A stretch of DNA of 63,598 bases, the filler included, from Octopus bimaculoides (lineage: Eukaryota), in NCBI RefSeq assembly GCF_001194135.2. It is 4 parts of 4 records of this genome, joined end to end, with 100 filler letters (N's around TTAATTAATTAA, not from the genome) between each part and the next. Parts side by side here need not be neighbours in the genome. Positions count along the whole stretch, not along the records: positions 21,542 to 53,358 come from NC_068986.1; 3 more parts are not named here. The stretch is one strand, 5' to 3'. Numbering within the stretch: position 1 is the first letter of the stretch; each line of letters opens with the position of its first letter. Under the pieces are notes generated by a model. It was not told the origin of the DNA, ran no database searches, and saw only the letters and a program-made list of their open reading frames with translations. Both the position numbers and the translations under genes were made by a program. Below, piece after piece: positions 23,013 through 36,600 of this stretch.

Positions 23013-24990
23013 GAATGGGCAAGATGGAGATTGAAATGATAAAGAGAAATGTAAGCCAGGAGGGTGTGGAGGATATAGAAACTCAGGATTTTGGAGATTC
23101 AAACAGAGACGAGAGTATGAAAAATTATGGAATTCAATAGGAACTGAATACTTAGAATGATGTGGGAGGTGATATCGGAAAAAGACAGACGGATGATTAC
23201 TGATATGTTGGAGATCTCTAAATCAGAAGGCAGTAATAAAATAAAATGAAAAAAGCAAACCAACGTCAGCTGAAAGAAAGAAATAGCAAAGTAAACAACA
23301 GCTTTGACAAATTGTCAACTTGTAGCATCACAGAAACCAACATCTCATCCTCGTTGCAAGTGTCTACATTGCAAAAGATTTAGGTCTGAAATTGACGACG
23401 CAAAAGCAGATCAAAGAACCATGGTGCGAAAGGTGAATTGAAGGGGACATGAAAATGCTTAGAGAAGATATAAGTATTCTGGTAAAGGAAAACCGAGGTG
23501 AATTAAGAGAGAAATGTGAGATTAACATACAAGGAAGTACAATATCAGGAGAAAGAAGATAATTACGGTAACTAGAGAGTTAAAGCAAAGGTTAATTGCC
23601 AAAGCTGCAAAGATTAAGAGGCATGGACGACAGACCACGCAGTGTAAACAGAATGTATGTTTGCAACAAAGTCAGATGACATTCTATCAGGAAATGAATG
23701 GTATGGTTAAAAATGATTAGGTAATCCTTGATGCAGGTGAAAGTAAGAAGTGTTGGAGTGATATCTGGATTGCAGGAAGAGAACACAGTAGAAGAGTGGA
23801 GTGGCTGACTAACGTGAAAAAAGATATTGGGGACAATCAACAGGGGAAAATGGAGATAACATCTGATATGGTAACTATCCAATGTAGTAAGGTACCAAAT
23901 TGGAAAACTTCCTTATGTGGAAAACTATGACAGGTATAATTGCTGAGGCAGTGTATGAATTTCTGGAGGAGACATTACCTGAAGAGCATAAGGGTTGTAG
24001 GAGGGTTGCAGAAAGGTTGATTAATAAGGTGATACTTAAAGATTGTAAAAGGAGGAACATAAACCTTGCCATGGCTTCGATAGATTACCGCGAGGTTTAT
24101 GACATAGTTGGATAGTGAAATTTTGGAAATGTTTGGTATTGCAGCTAATGTTAGACAGTTTCGGTGAGCTGTATAGATGGCTGGAATACTGAGTTGACAT
24201 CATGTAGGCGGACATTGGTAATTGTGAACATCAAGAGAGGAATATTCCAAGGGGACTGTCTTTCACCTTTGCTATTTGTATTGTGTATGGTTCCACATTC
24301 ATTAGTGTTGAGAAGGTCAAAGACTTGGTAGGAGTGAGGTGGACGTGAGTTTAAGATAAACCATCTGCTGTTCATGGATGACCAAAAACTTTTTGGGAAA
24401 TCCTATAAACAGACTGATTCCTTTGTGCAGAGAGTTCATACATTCAGCGCGGACATATGAATGGAATTTAGCATAAAAATGTGTGGGGTGCCATTATTGA
24501 AGGGAGGTAGAATTGATAAGATGGAAGATACAATTGATAAGTATGACATGAGCAGAGTGAGAAATGGTATGAGCACCAACCGGAAAGGGTTGCTGAAAAC
24601 GAACAATATAAGATTTTGTGGTATTTGATCACCCAGTGTGACGACCATCTTATCGTGGCTAGAAAATCTGATATTGCTGTCGTAGAAGGAAAATGAGAAG
24701 GAAAATGAGAAAGTGGATAAATATTAAGAGCTGGAGATGGAAATAAGGAAACTGTGAAAAATCAAACACTTAAAAGTGGTACCGATTGTGGTTGGCGCAC
24801 TGGGAACAGTTAATAAAATGCTGGATGCATGGCTTCAGAAAGTAGGAATTACCATCAGGACAGGACTGTTGAAAAAAGACAACAAAGATCTTAAGGAGGG
24901 TGTTAGAAAGTTGGAGAAGAAATGACCCAAAGGCATTTGGCCATCGGTTATAGCTCACTCTTTTCGTATAGTGTCGAAATTCGAGAGACA
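23012..24990 (+). mobile_element. R4/Dong-like non-LTR retrotransposon remnant with internal deletions
   Basis: '[15 protein letters not shown]...[10 protein letters not shown]...[23 protein letters not shown]', 'GIFQGDCLSPLLFV', 'INHLLFMDDQKL' (RT motifs), and the restriction-like endonuclease region 'DHLIVARKSDIAVV...VVPIVVGALGTV'. Many stops and frameshifts. Confidence 0.85.
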
Positions 24991-25409
24991 ACTGTGGACC
25001 ATAAGATACCCACGCCGGACGACGCTTCTCTGCCAGAGGTTCTGTTTGTGTTGTATGTGTTATATAAAGATTTAAGATTCACGATTTTCATGGAAAAGAT
25101 ACAGCAGTGGTTTCCGGTTGCCTTCCGCTGATTTATATACAGGTTACTCTGCTAAGAACTATTCCGAATTATCTATTTAAGCATTTGGCAGAGAAACGGA
25201 CATGTGTAACATCAAGACATGTACACGCGCCAGAGGGCCTTTGTGATACATGGCTAGAGGTCAGCCCATCTCTAAGTCTTGCATGCATTAATCAGAGGAC
25301 CATCTTCTGCTGTTTGACCGATATGTAGAGACCTTGACAGATTCAGCCACCAGGATCAGAGTGAACCTAATAGTAGTGGTAACTAAGAAGTAAATCCATT
25401 CTCACCAAC

Positions 25410-25537
25410 ACTCTATTTACCAAATTTCACTCACAATGTAATGTTCAACCGGGGTTGTGGTTTAAAACACGTAACGTACAGCGGAATTAAACATAGAGAC
25501 ACATGGTTGCGAAATTAGTTACTTAACGACGCAAACA
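25410..25537 (-). mobile_element. Old SINE family B fragment
   Basis: 'taccaaatttcactcacaa...cacatggttgcgaa' resembles the family B reverse complement. Confidence 0.35.
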
Positions 25538-25807
25538 TTATAGTTCACGAAAAGATATTTCATTAAAGCATATTCTTCATTAAAGTGGGTGAACGAGAAG
25601 TCCCCACAGTCATTATACCAGTCATGTTCAAAGGATATACATATGTAATCAGAAGCTGATTTTCAAAAGATGCAATACCTATAGATTCCCCAAGCTGATA
25701 TGTGTTAAGAGACACTTCTCTAATTAGCACATTATCAGATTGATTATGGAGCTTAAATATTTCGAAATGTTCATCGACCATGTTTCTGACATATGTTTCG
25801 CTTTCTA

Positions 25808-26010
25808 AGGCGGAGAGCTGGCAGGAACGCCAGGCGAAACGCTTAGCGGTATTTCGTCTGTCTTTACGTTCTGAGTTCAAATTCCGCCGAGGTCGACTTT
25901 GCCTTTCATCCCTTCGGTCGAAAAATTAAGTACCAGTTGCCTACTGGGGTCGATCTAATCGACTGGCCCCTCTCCAAAAATTTCAGGTTTTGTGTCTAGA
26001 GTAGCAAAGA
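25808..26010 (+). mobile_element. SINE family A with tail type 2 and TSD
   Basis: Head ggcggagagctggcagg, B box gagttcaaattcc, body gaggtcgactttgcctttcatcc. TSD atatgtttcgctttcta (25791-25807) / atatggtccgctttcta (26011-26027), 15/17. Confidence 0.9.
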
Positions 26011-27899
26011 ATATGGTCCGCTTTCTACATTTTTTTTTCATCAAATTTTGTCTCAGACACCATTTAAAGGCAAAGTAAACATGGCTTAGTGAATCTATTA
26101 AGAGTATAATTTTTACGTATACTATAAAATATCTTCTCTTGAAAGCAAGATAATTTACTTCTAGAAGTCAACTGATGGGCTTTTAAGGCTTTCATATTTA
26201 AAATATAGTCAACTACTATTTCGTTGATAAATTAGTATACTTCTACAGAGCATATTTATGTTTAATATGTATGAATATATGAAAGTTCAAAGTGGTGTGT
26301 TAGATATTCCTAAATAATTACTGGAATATATTTTTATGCATTCAGAACCAAAATGATGATGTAAAAATATTTTATCTTATTTGGAGATAGTTCTCCGGAG
26401 AGAAAATTCAAATATTTTACCGAGAATTTAAACAAACTCAGAAAAACTAGATAAGTATACTTCTCCCCAAGCTAGCAAAATAAATATTATTTTTCCTCAT
26501 TTTAAAATAACTGTGCATGCAATTACGCCTTCTTGCTAACGTGGGAATATCCAGCTTAATTATAACTATGGAAATCCAGCAGAGAGACTTAAAACTAAGA
26601 AGTATAGTATTACATTTTGATGGGTCACTTCAGAGATGTTTCGTTAAATAGTAGCATTTTAAATACGAAAATATGTTTATGTTACAGTAAATTATTATAA
26701 GCATATGAGGAAAATTGCTCAATAGGTAATATCTGTAATATGAGCTACATGCGCGCGCGCGCACACGCACGCTCACAAACTCACACTATATGCACATACA
26801 CAAAAATACATTTGAGATTAGTGCAACACCTTACTGTATTTGGTGATAGCATTTGTTGTTTTAAGAGTCGATGCCTTCTGACAGTCTCTCTGTCTCTCTG
26901 TCAATCTGTCTGTCGCGATATGTGTGTGTGTGTGTATTATATATATAATATATATTATATATATGTATATATATTTGTATATATGTGTACGTGTGTGTGT
27001 ATGTATGTATGTATGTATGTATGTATGTATGTATGTATGTATGTATGTATAGGGTGACGCTAATTATCTATCTACGAAGCGCATTCTGCCAATTGAAATC
27101 ATCATCTGCCTCATGGTAAGTAATGACAGCAGGGTATTAATGATAATGTGTTAATCTGGATACACTATTCAAAGGAAATTGATGTGCACAAAACTCCTAT
27201 CAAGTCAGTCGAAATCCTGCGGTGATAATAGTTTTTAATGAAGTAAATCTGTTGGAGATGCATTACTGGCCATGAATAGTAATTTGTTGCTCTATTTTTC
27301 CAATAATTATAATTTCTCTTATTCGTTTCTTTTACAAATGCAATTTTTTCCCGTAAAAGATACGTTTTCGCTTATGCAATGTACAGTAGTTTTTTTACTG
27401 TACAGTGCTTTTAGAAACATGATTTTTGTGGTTACCAAGCTATCATATGCACCAGGTTCACCAAACAAATGCACATCTGTATATCGACTCTCCTCATAAT
27501 ATAGTTTCTCGGCCTTACTTTTTTTCCGTCTTACGCACCTTAAACTATTCTTCACTGTTTATAAGTTATTTTCAAAATGTTTGCGTATATAATCATGATG
27601 AAATTGAATCACTGTTCAATCAAAATTCCTTTAATATATTAAACCACCTTTAATGCAGCAGCTAAAGACATAAAGCATACAGTAGCGATGGGGGAATGAA
27701 CAATCGACGGACTGAGAATACAACTGGAAATTTTTCGAAGTAATTATTTAATCTAACCATCAGATTACAAAGATGCAATCCAGCATTTGAAACCAACTTC
27801 ACCTAGAAGAGTTATCATATAATGAAAATCGATGAGCTCCAGCGAAGCCAGATCGACAGTCTACCTCCTGTACAAAATAAGGCATAAGAGGAAAGCTTA

Positions 27900-30800
27900 C
27901 AGGAATTGTATAGATCTTTGCAGTGCGGACAACACTTCAAACATTAAGCAAACATATTCAGTTAGATATACTAAAAAGAAATCGCTAACTTTGCAACTAA
28001 CCGAGTTATTAGCCTGTTATATCCCTTTTGTTTGGGTACTCCCTTTGTAGCACCACAAATTCTTGGCTCGAACGACTAGAAATACTATTATCTCGTTCTC
28101 ACTTATGATAGAGTGACAGTAAAGAATGTTTCTGAAATACAAACATAAAGCTTGTAGGATATATTATTCGCAGTCGATATTTTCTATTTGCACAATCACA
28201 CAATACTCCCATATCACAGTTTCCATTATCAACATTTCGTGTCACCCAACTTCCCACCAATTTGGCGAAGTAGGCATTCAAATTCAATGTTTTTGTCGAC
28301 TGCTTCCTTCTAAAATTGGTGAAAAACCTGTTGCTGTAGAATTGCACACATCATCGGCTTCGAATCAGATATTAAGTAGCATCAAACGGCTTTCCCTTAC
28401 TCGTATGTAGGAGTATGCACCTTCATTCAGACAACGAAATCAGTATTTTGCATCGAAATTTTTTTTAAAATACTAATGAGCCTTTCTCTTCGGATGTGAT
28501 GTATCTTCTAATCACCCTTTTCGGGTCTCCTTACTAAATTCCTGCCCAGTTGTTTGTGCGATAGCATTACTTTCATTAGAATTCTGCTTCACCTGTGTGC
28601 CTGTGAGTAATGTGTTTTCTAAGTCATTTAACTTGATTAGTTTCTCATGAGCACTGTGAAAGTTGTTGGAGGGTGGGTATTATTCCTAGTAATTTTGCTT
28701 TTGTGTTTCTAGTGCTTATATTGCTGACTGTGACGTTTGGTTATATTTGATTTTTCCCCCGATGTTGCTGATAAGAGGAGATATAGAAGACTTGGTAGGT
28801 ACCACAATTAGTGTGTTTTATTTAATTTTTAACCATTTTTAGCTGGTTCTTTTTGCGAAAATGTGTCTTAGGAATGGTAGAAGGAAACGATTATGATTTA
28901 ATTTGCGATTATGATTTAATTAGACACATTATGATAAGGTACGGGAAGACATACTGGTGTAGAATGAAATTAACTGACGTGATAATAGATCCTTTTGAAA
29001 ATGCAAATTTTGGAAGTGAAATGTTTGTTTATTGCATAGGTTTGGCGATCTGACGGATTGTTGGCTAGCCAGCATCCTGCTTTGTTTTGTTAAAGTGGAT
29101 AGCTAGAAATAGATTTGAAACGTTTGCTGATGTTAGTGCTGATTCTACTTATGTGTAATATTTTCTAGTTGAATCCGTTATTTTCCCTCTGTGTTAGATT
29201 CTTGGGTAGAATGGTGGAAGAGGTGAAAGTGTGGAGGAAGAGTTGGTACGTGTTGATATAGAAATTGATGAATGCTATGATTGCTTTGAAGCCAAGTTAT
29301 TTTAGGTGTATACATGTTATTTGGTCTGGAAAATGAATAGGAGTCTAAACTCTCAAACCCTCCAGAGATTGAGAAATTCGATCCGTACTCCTTTTTCAAT
29401 GCCAGATGCGAGAAGGGATTTGAAATCATGATCATGCTGGAATGTGTTTACCTTTTGGTGGTTGCAGTTGCTGATTTTCGAGAAGTTCTTGATACGAGCA
29501 CTTGCTTTGTGTTGAAGCATTATGTTCAGGTTGCAAACATGCTTTAATTGGGATGAAATTATTTGCTCTCTAATATTTTCGTGTTACTTTTGCAGCGGGT
29601 AAATTTAGTGCTTTCATATCTTCCACAGCAGTGTTGTTTAGGGTGATGTTTATTTGTGGTAGTTGGTTGACCGTATGTTGAGGGAGTTGTTAATGTGATA
29701 TGGGGTGTGTTCTGATTGTTGTCATTGATGCAGCTAATTATTTTGTTGAATATATTCACCGTAGTATCTATTTTCGTGATTCTTAGTGCCGTTAAATAAT
29801 CCAAATTTGTTTTCTGATGGAACTGGTCTTACAAGACTTTTGAAGTTTATAAAAATGACTTCGATTCTTTTTTCATTGATCTGCCAAGAATGATGTCTGC
29901 AGAGTCGGTTTGCTTGAGTGGTTGTTTACCATGTGATTTTATAGATATATGTGTGTTGCGCACACATTTGGGTATAGAGACGCAGTTATTTTTGAGATGT
30001 ATGTGACATATTTAGAGTGTAAATGGGATTTAATTGGGATGATATTGTTTCCCTCTCTAATATTTTCCACGTTATATATGCAGCAGGGCAAACGCCGTGT
30101 ATTGAAGTCTTCCCCAACAATGTTGTTTGGGTGAGTGTTATGTGGTCATTGGTGCCGTAAATTCACTTCTTGTTGTTAGTTTTTTGCCGATTTTTTAACA
30201 TAAATGATTGTTTTTCTAGTGTGCTGTGCCTTTTCTGTTTAATCGTTGTTTACAATGTTTATGTGCTAGATAAATGGTTGTATATAGAGACCTTCTCAAT
30301 GTTGGTATGTTTGTCCATTTTTATTTCATTATAATTTGGAGAGCGAGCTGCTCTACATTATTGTAAAATCGTTTTCTGAATCATTGCACGAATATGTTTG
30401 ATTATAACATTCTTTTTTTCATTGTTTTACTCCACTATTGTTGTATTTGTAGTATGTTTAGCTTTCGTTGTTGACAAGATATATTTTTTGGATGAATACT
30501 AAAATATTTTTATAATATATTGTGTATGAAGCAGTGGAGTTCAGAGGTATAACAGTACTTTCAGTATTTAGCATTGTTGTTTTTCTCGTCGTTTCTATTG
30601 CTGTATCTTATGCAGTTCTTTTTGATATTGTTAATTTTACTCATTGTTAATTTTACTTTTCTAATACCATGTAGATTTTTTTTAGTTTTATTTGGAGGAT
30701 GTATTTGTGTGAGTAATTTACAAAAGATTTATCGTTTTAGCTCTCACCACGCAATAAGGTTTACTGACTTAGTTCTCGTCATATTTAACGTCACTACATT

Positions 30801-30900
30801 CCCCTCTTCACCTCTATGTATACCAATTACCTCTCAGTTTTTGCTTAAATGATAAAATCAAACAAGATCGAAGCATGTCCGTCACATTCGCCAGTTGGCT
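27900..30900 (-). mobile_element. Degenerate RTE-like LINE (APE + RT)
   Basis: Minus-strand motifs in the expected order: 'IVGEDFNT' (APE GDFN, ~30110), 'HFRKKNQ' (cf. LR.NQ.GF, ~28840), 'LLNI*FEADD' (RT YADD region, ~28350), 'IENIDCE*YI' (cf. IE.V..F.YLG, ~28180). Boundaries are approximate. Confidence 0.5.
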
Positions 30901-31049
30901 AAAAAGGCAAAATTTGTTAGTAAGTGCATTGTCGTTATTTTCCAAAACGTTGGATTCGCTTACATTATCAGAGATATTTTTCTTACTTGTGTTTATATTT
31001 TCAACATCGATGGAAGTAGACCAGCTGAAAGTTCGAAATAGGTTATACT

Positions 31050-33300
31050 GGAAACAAGGGAGAAATTAGTGTGGAATTTTAGAATTTAAACACATATTAA
31101 AGGGAGAGATCATTAGGCAAATGTATTAATGCGAACACAATGTAAAGATATGGACATATCATATCCATAACTCTTTCGTGAATCAATATTCATTGGTATC
31201 TGTTCAATTTTATTCAAACACGATTTGAGAAAATTGGTAAATACTCAGAAATTATTAGACTTTTCAAAGAAGTACAACAGGTTAAAAAAGATAGTTTGAC
31301 ACCAAGGTTTTATGCACTAAAAATGCCCCCAAAAACATATAGGAAAACATGATAAAAAGGATAAGTAAAAACATTAACATCTCTTGTTACTGAAAACAAT
31401 AACGAAATGACACAACTGAAAAAACCGTGTGGAGAAATGTTACAGAAAAACGATATCACAAAAAGGAGATGTGCTTGAAATAATAGAATAACTGAAATAA
31501 GAAGTCTTCATTGAATCCGAAAGATTGCGTCGGTATGAGAATCACGAATTATTCTTTGAACAAAGCAATCAGACTGATGTCAACCGAACAGAATCAGAGG
31601 GAAAATAAGTTGTAAATCAATGCCAAATGAACAATGAAAAAACTAGATTTAAAAGGATGAATACGCAACATGAAATATTCTCAGGGATGTAGCATATGAA
31701 CAAGCTTAAGAGGTTAAAAGTGGTGGCAAGTAGTCGAGACAAAACAGAAACAAATAACTGCAAGGTAACAAGAAATAAGACCTCCAGCTTGCGATTAAAA
31801 TATTTAATAGGGGCATATATGTTACTAGTTGAGATTTTTTTATAAGATAGTAAAGGGGCTTGAGACAATATCTAAATAGCTACCCGAAAAGAAAAACATC
31901 TAAAGGAAAGCAAACACTGAAATCTCTCAGCCTGTAACCTGTTTTCTTCCTGCTTGCAAAGACTTAATTCTAATAATACTACAGAGAAGTAAACATATAA
32001 AAAGAAGTTTCTTTTCATCAAAGCAATGTAGTGCTGCAAAGGCACATATGGTTGTAAAATCAATTACTAATCAATAAATGCTTAATTGAAGAATGTGAAA
32101 CGAGGAAAAGAAGTGTAAGCATGGCAAGTTTAAGCAACAGGAGGCTTTTGACAAAGTTTTCCACACCTGGCCCTGGAAACATTAGAGAACAATAACAATA
32201 AGCAAACACATTAAACACATCATAAATAAAGGGAAAAAATTCTACAGATAGAGAAGAAATTGGGTATTGTGTAAACTAAACTCATTGAGACCAAAAAATC
32301 CTGTGACACTCTCTTTCCACTCCTTTTCTGCATCATACCAACTCCTATTCAACCAGGTAGTTCTCAGATACAAATCTAGTATGAGAACCATCAACCATAT
32401 TTTAAGTATGAACAATTTCAAATTAGTGATTAATTAGAAACTTGGTTATGTATGTATGTATCTATCTATCTATCTATTTATCTATCTATTTATCTATGTA
32501 TGTATCTATGTATGTATGCTTGTATACTAGACGCAATAATACAGTATTTAGAGTAGACAAATATAGCGAGACAATCTTGATGAAATGAAAATTACTAACA
32601 CTAATACGATATTATACAAAGAAACAGAGTTAAAAGGATTCCGCAAAAAAAATGACTTACGAATACTTGGGAATTAATGAACTAGACAGAACTCAACTGG
32701 AAAAAAAAGTTAGGAAGAAATACTTTAGGGGATTAATATTTAAAACAGAATTAAATAAAAATAGCGTAATAGGCGTAGATACTTCAGCTGCACCAAAATA
32801 AATTCACATATCTAGAGAAAAAAAAAATCACAAGAAAAATGGCTGCGTTTAGAAATACACCAAAATCTGAAACAACAATTATATTTACTAAAAAAATACT
32901 GGGATGGGGATAGTATTCAAATATAAACTACTGTTAAATATTCATTGTGGGATTTTAAAAATTTTCTGGAAGAAAATTGAAAACTGGTTAGTCCTTCTGG
33001 AAGAATGCATAACAAATGCTAATAGCACACAACAAAAACTCGTTTTCTATCTTCCAATGCAAAAATAAATAAATAAATAAATAAATAATTAAATGCTGAA
33101 ATGATATAAGGTTGGCAGGAGGAGAAAGAAACAATGGAAACTGTGAAGTAACTGAACAATTTCAAAATGGACAATAAAACCACAGCATTAGTTGAGCGTA
33201 GGCCTCAAAGCTAAGATTGAAGAATTTCTTGATTACCGCACTTAAGTCTTTTACGTAAAGCACTTACAGCAATGACTACCGAAATGATCGTAGTGAATTA
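31050..33300 (+). mobile_element. Second R4/Dong-like remnant, RT part
   Basis: 'PVTCFLP' (cf. PITCLP), 'EECETRKRSVSMA...AFDKV', 'CDTLFPLLFCIIP' (cf. GDSLSPLLF), 'TINHILSMNNFKL' (cf. NHLLYMDDLKL), 'YEYLGINE'. Confidence 0.65.
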
Positions 33301-33699
33301 TCTGAAATACTGTCTAACTGCTTTTTTGTTGTTCTTTTAAATTCTGCCTCTCGCCCTCATTCTCTCCCACCCTCTGTCTCACCCTCTCTGTCTTTCTCTT
33401 TCTCTCTCTCTATCTCTCTCTCTCTCTCTCCCTCTCTCTCTCTCTCTCTCNNNNNNNNNNTCTCTCTCTCTCTCTCTTTATCTATCTATCTATCTATTTA
33501 TCTATCTATCAGTTTGTCTCTTCCCATATATGCACACATATATATATGTATGTATACAAATATACATATATCATACATAGACATACTGATAAATTTCAGC
33601 TGCCTACAGGTTTTTTACTTAGATTACTTAGATAAGTTTTGGCCCAAGTCATGTCTAATTTAATAGCACCACCTGAAAGAGATACAGAGTCAGCTTTTG

Positions 33700-35500
33700 G
33701 GCACCATAGCCTATTCGAGCAGGGAGTTATTCTTTTCATAGACATACGCGGGTGTGGGTGGTTTGTCTGGTATTTGTTGGGGGGTAATCATCTAGGGACC
33801 GTTTGAATGCCGTGAAATCACTTTCCTTATTTATGTGGCCTGGCACGATGTTGAAGAGAGCAGGGCCGGTTGAGGTGAAATAGTTTTGTCGTAGTGTTGT
33901 GAAACGACACGAAAGTGATTTCTGTAGTGGACGGATGGCACGGGGGCCAAGCCTCGGATGAATTTTTAAAATGATACTTATGTCATTTGGGCAATCTTGA
34001 TATGGAATATTTTCCACATCATACAGATGATATAACGTTCACGGCTGGAAGGAATAAGGACTGAACTTTTTGAGTCGATTCCGATGGTCAAGGCTTGTCA
34101 TGTCATCTATTTCTTTTTTGTGTATGATTAATCTCTGGGGAGCTTCAATTTTCATAATATTCTGTATCGTGTGGGGGGAACCATAGCAGACAACAGTATT
34201 CAAGGAGAGGGTAAGTAAAAGTAGAGAAAAGTAGAATAACGGAAGGTCCTGAAGATCCAGGCGCACGCCCTGCGGCCATGTCAACTTTGCTGTTTATGTG
34301 AGCACTCCAGCTTATTTTGTTGCGAACAGTAACACCCAGGTCTCTAGCAGTGATGGATGCCACAAGGGCTTCGCCCGAGGGAAGAGTGTATGGTTGTTGG
34401 GATGCAATCTTTTTATCGAAGTGTATTAGGTTGAATTTGTTCTCGTTTAGCTGCATATTATATTTCTCTGTCCATTGGATAACAGCTAACAGATCAGATT
34501 GAAGGTTTGTCTAGTTTTCAAACCTGTCAGCAACTTTCAGTACCTTAGAGTCATCCGCGAAAATATGCATGCTACTGTATTTGATGACGTCAGTGATGTC
34601 GTCGTTAATATAAATTATGAAAAGTAGCGGACCCAATACAGTGCCTTGTGAAACTCCACTTATAATCCTGGCTGAGATCGATCGGATACCATCAATCACC
34701 ACATGTTGAGTTCTGTTCATCAGAAACCATTTAATCCAAGTTGACAGTTTATCTCGGATTCCAATGTTGGACAGTTTCTTTAACAGGATGCAGCGATCAA
34801 GCCTGTCAAAGGCTTTGCTGAAGTCAAGGTATATTCATTGGATCCCTCTCCCATGGCCTTTAAGATGTAATTGAAATAATGCAAGAGTTGTGTTAAGCTG
34901 TCCCTTCCATTGTAGAAACCATGTTGGTTAGGAATAATCGCTGTTAGATTCCAAGAACTGAGTTAGTCGAGATCTCACCACTCTCTCAAATAATTTGATG
35001 ATATGAGAGGTGAGATCGTTCGGTAATTCACGGCGAGTGATTTTTTGCCTTTCTTGAAAACTGAGGTAATCGCCTGGGTTCATCTGTCTTTTATCTTTTT
35101 TATCGGAAGTTTCTTGTGAGGCCTCTCCAAGATGTGTTCTATTCGACCTAGATTCTATCAAATTTGTCACAATCTAAGTTTTCATCGCATGTTACATACC
35201 TTTCCTTGTCTACATAAATTGCCTTCTAGCCTCACGTACTCCAACGAAGATGACACACTCTTTTATTCCTTCTTAACTTTCCAATATAAACTTTGTCATC
35301 GTGTAATGAAGACTGACCACACAACTAATGCATGGTCTTGTCTTCTCTTAAATTTTTATGATGCACTATACGAATATAACTGACTCCTTCCATCATCTTC
35401 AGTCTTTATCAACATATACCTACGCTAACTATGTGTTCTCCACCAAATAGTCTCTCAACATAAGCCGTAGTTCGCAGAAACCAGCTTGCAGCACTTTTGT
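33700..35500 (-). mobile_element. CR1-like LINE remnant (RT and C-terminus)
   Basis: 'LTSHIIKLFERVV', 'SGVSQGTVLGPLLFIIYIND...HIFADDSK', 'RDLGV...SWSAHI', 'LLEYCCLLW', 'GPALFNIVP...FKRSLD'. These are CR1/L2-group RT motifs, with frameshifts. Confidence 0.85.
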
Positions 35501-35899
35501 CCACACTGTGTAAGCCCGTCAACTGTATCAATGTGATATAAAATGTTTTCGACATATTCTCATTAACGTGGAGCTTAACATGTGTTCCACAGTCACCAGT
35601 AAAACAGCAACTTAGTAGACACCATTATGATGCATAAATATGTAGAACTCAGAAAAAACTATTAACACATATATAAATATTTAGAATTAAATGGAGCAGC
35701 ATACATAAATCAAGAGAATATTTTAAAACAGTTTCTTATAAATAATCTGATTAATATTAGGACTAGAATCAAATGAAAAACATAAATTCGTGTAAATACA
35801 CTGGACATCCCAGTAATTAGGTAAGTTTTAATATAAAATTTACGAAATCGAGAGAGATAAAACGCAGACAAAATCTTGAGTAAATCTAGCAAACCATCC

Positions 35900-36600
35900 A
35901 AGATCTACAGTATATCGGATGTATTCGACATATGTCTAAGGGGGAAATAATTCTCATGATTAGACAATTATTATTAATTGTTACATGAGTGATTGCTTAA
36001 CGTAAGAGCCAATATTAGAAATGAATGAGGAAATACAAATAAAGCAACCATTATCTATGAAAAAAATGTCAAGGAATTGTAATGCAAATGTGGGAAAAAA
36101 TTCGGTTATATGAGTATATATAAAGAATATCACATAAAAAAGAAAGGTTATGATAACACATAAACTAGGAATCCGTATCTATGATTAGAGTCACTACCTT
36201 GAAAACCCTTAGGGAATTGTACAAGGAAACCCAAAATGATCCTTCATTAGTAATGCAAAAGTCAAAATGCTTTATAAGTAATACACAAAACACGAGCTTA
36301 TTCACAAGAAGATACTTAAACATATAATAAACCAAGGAGAGAGTAAGTGCAAGAAAATAATTGAACTTATTGTCTCGGGTTGTCCAATCCCGGTCAACGT
36401 AGAATGTGTAGACGTGTGATGATGAATGTAGTTGTATTTATTACTAAGCAATGTGCAAACAATGTCAAATAGAAATGAGCAACGAATGGTATTAATGATG
36501 TAAAGAGTAAGTACGACAATAGCTGATAATTTTCGGTGACAATGGTTCAAATTGATTGAAAAATCAGAGTAAAGCCTACTGGAATAAACAACTATGTAAC
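35900..36600 (+). mobile_element. R4/Dong-like C-terminal (CCHC) remnant, probable continuation of 31050-33300
   Basis: 'aagtgcaagaaaataattgaacttattgtctcgggttgtccaatc' resembles C..C....IEHIVSGCP.L and is followed by a C..C/W-Y region. Same strand and collinear with the upstream RT part. Confidence 0.55.

Noticed and set aside
27900-30900. Penelope (RT + GIY-YIG) element with a terminal hammerhead near 28050
   Set aside because: An APE-type 'GEDFN' motif and the RT motif order fit an RTE-like LINE better, and no hammerhead core can be drawn at 28050-28110.
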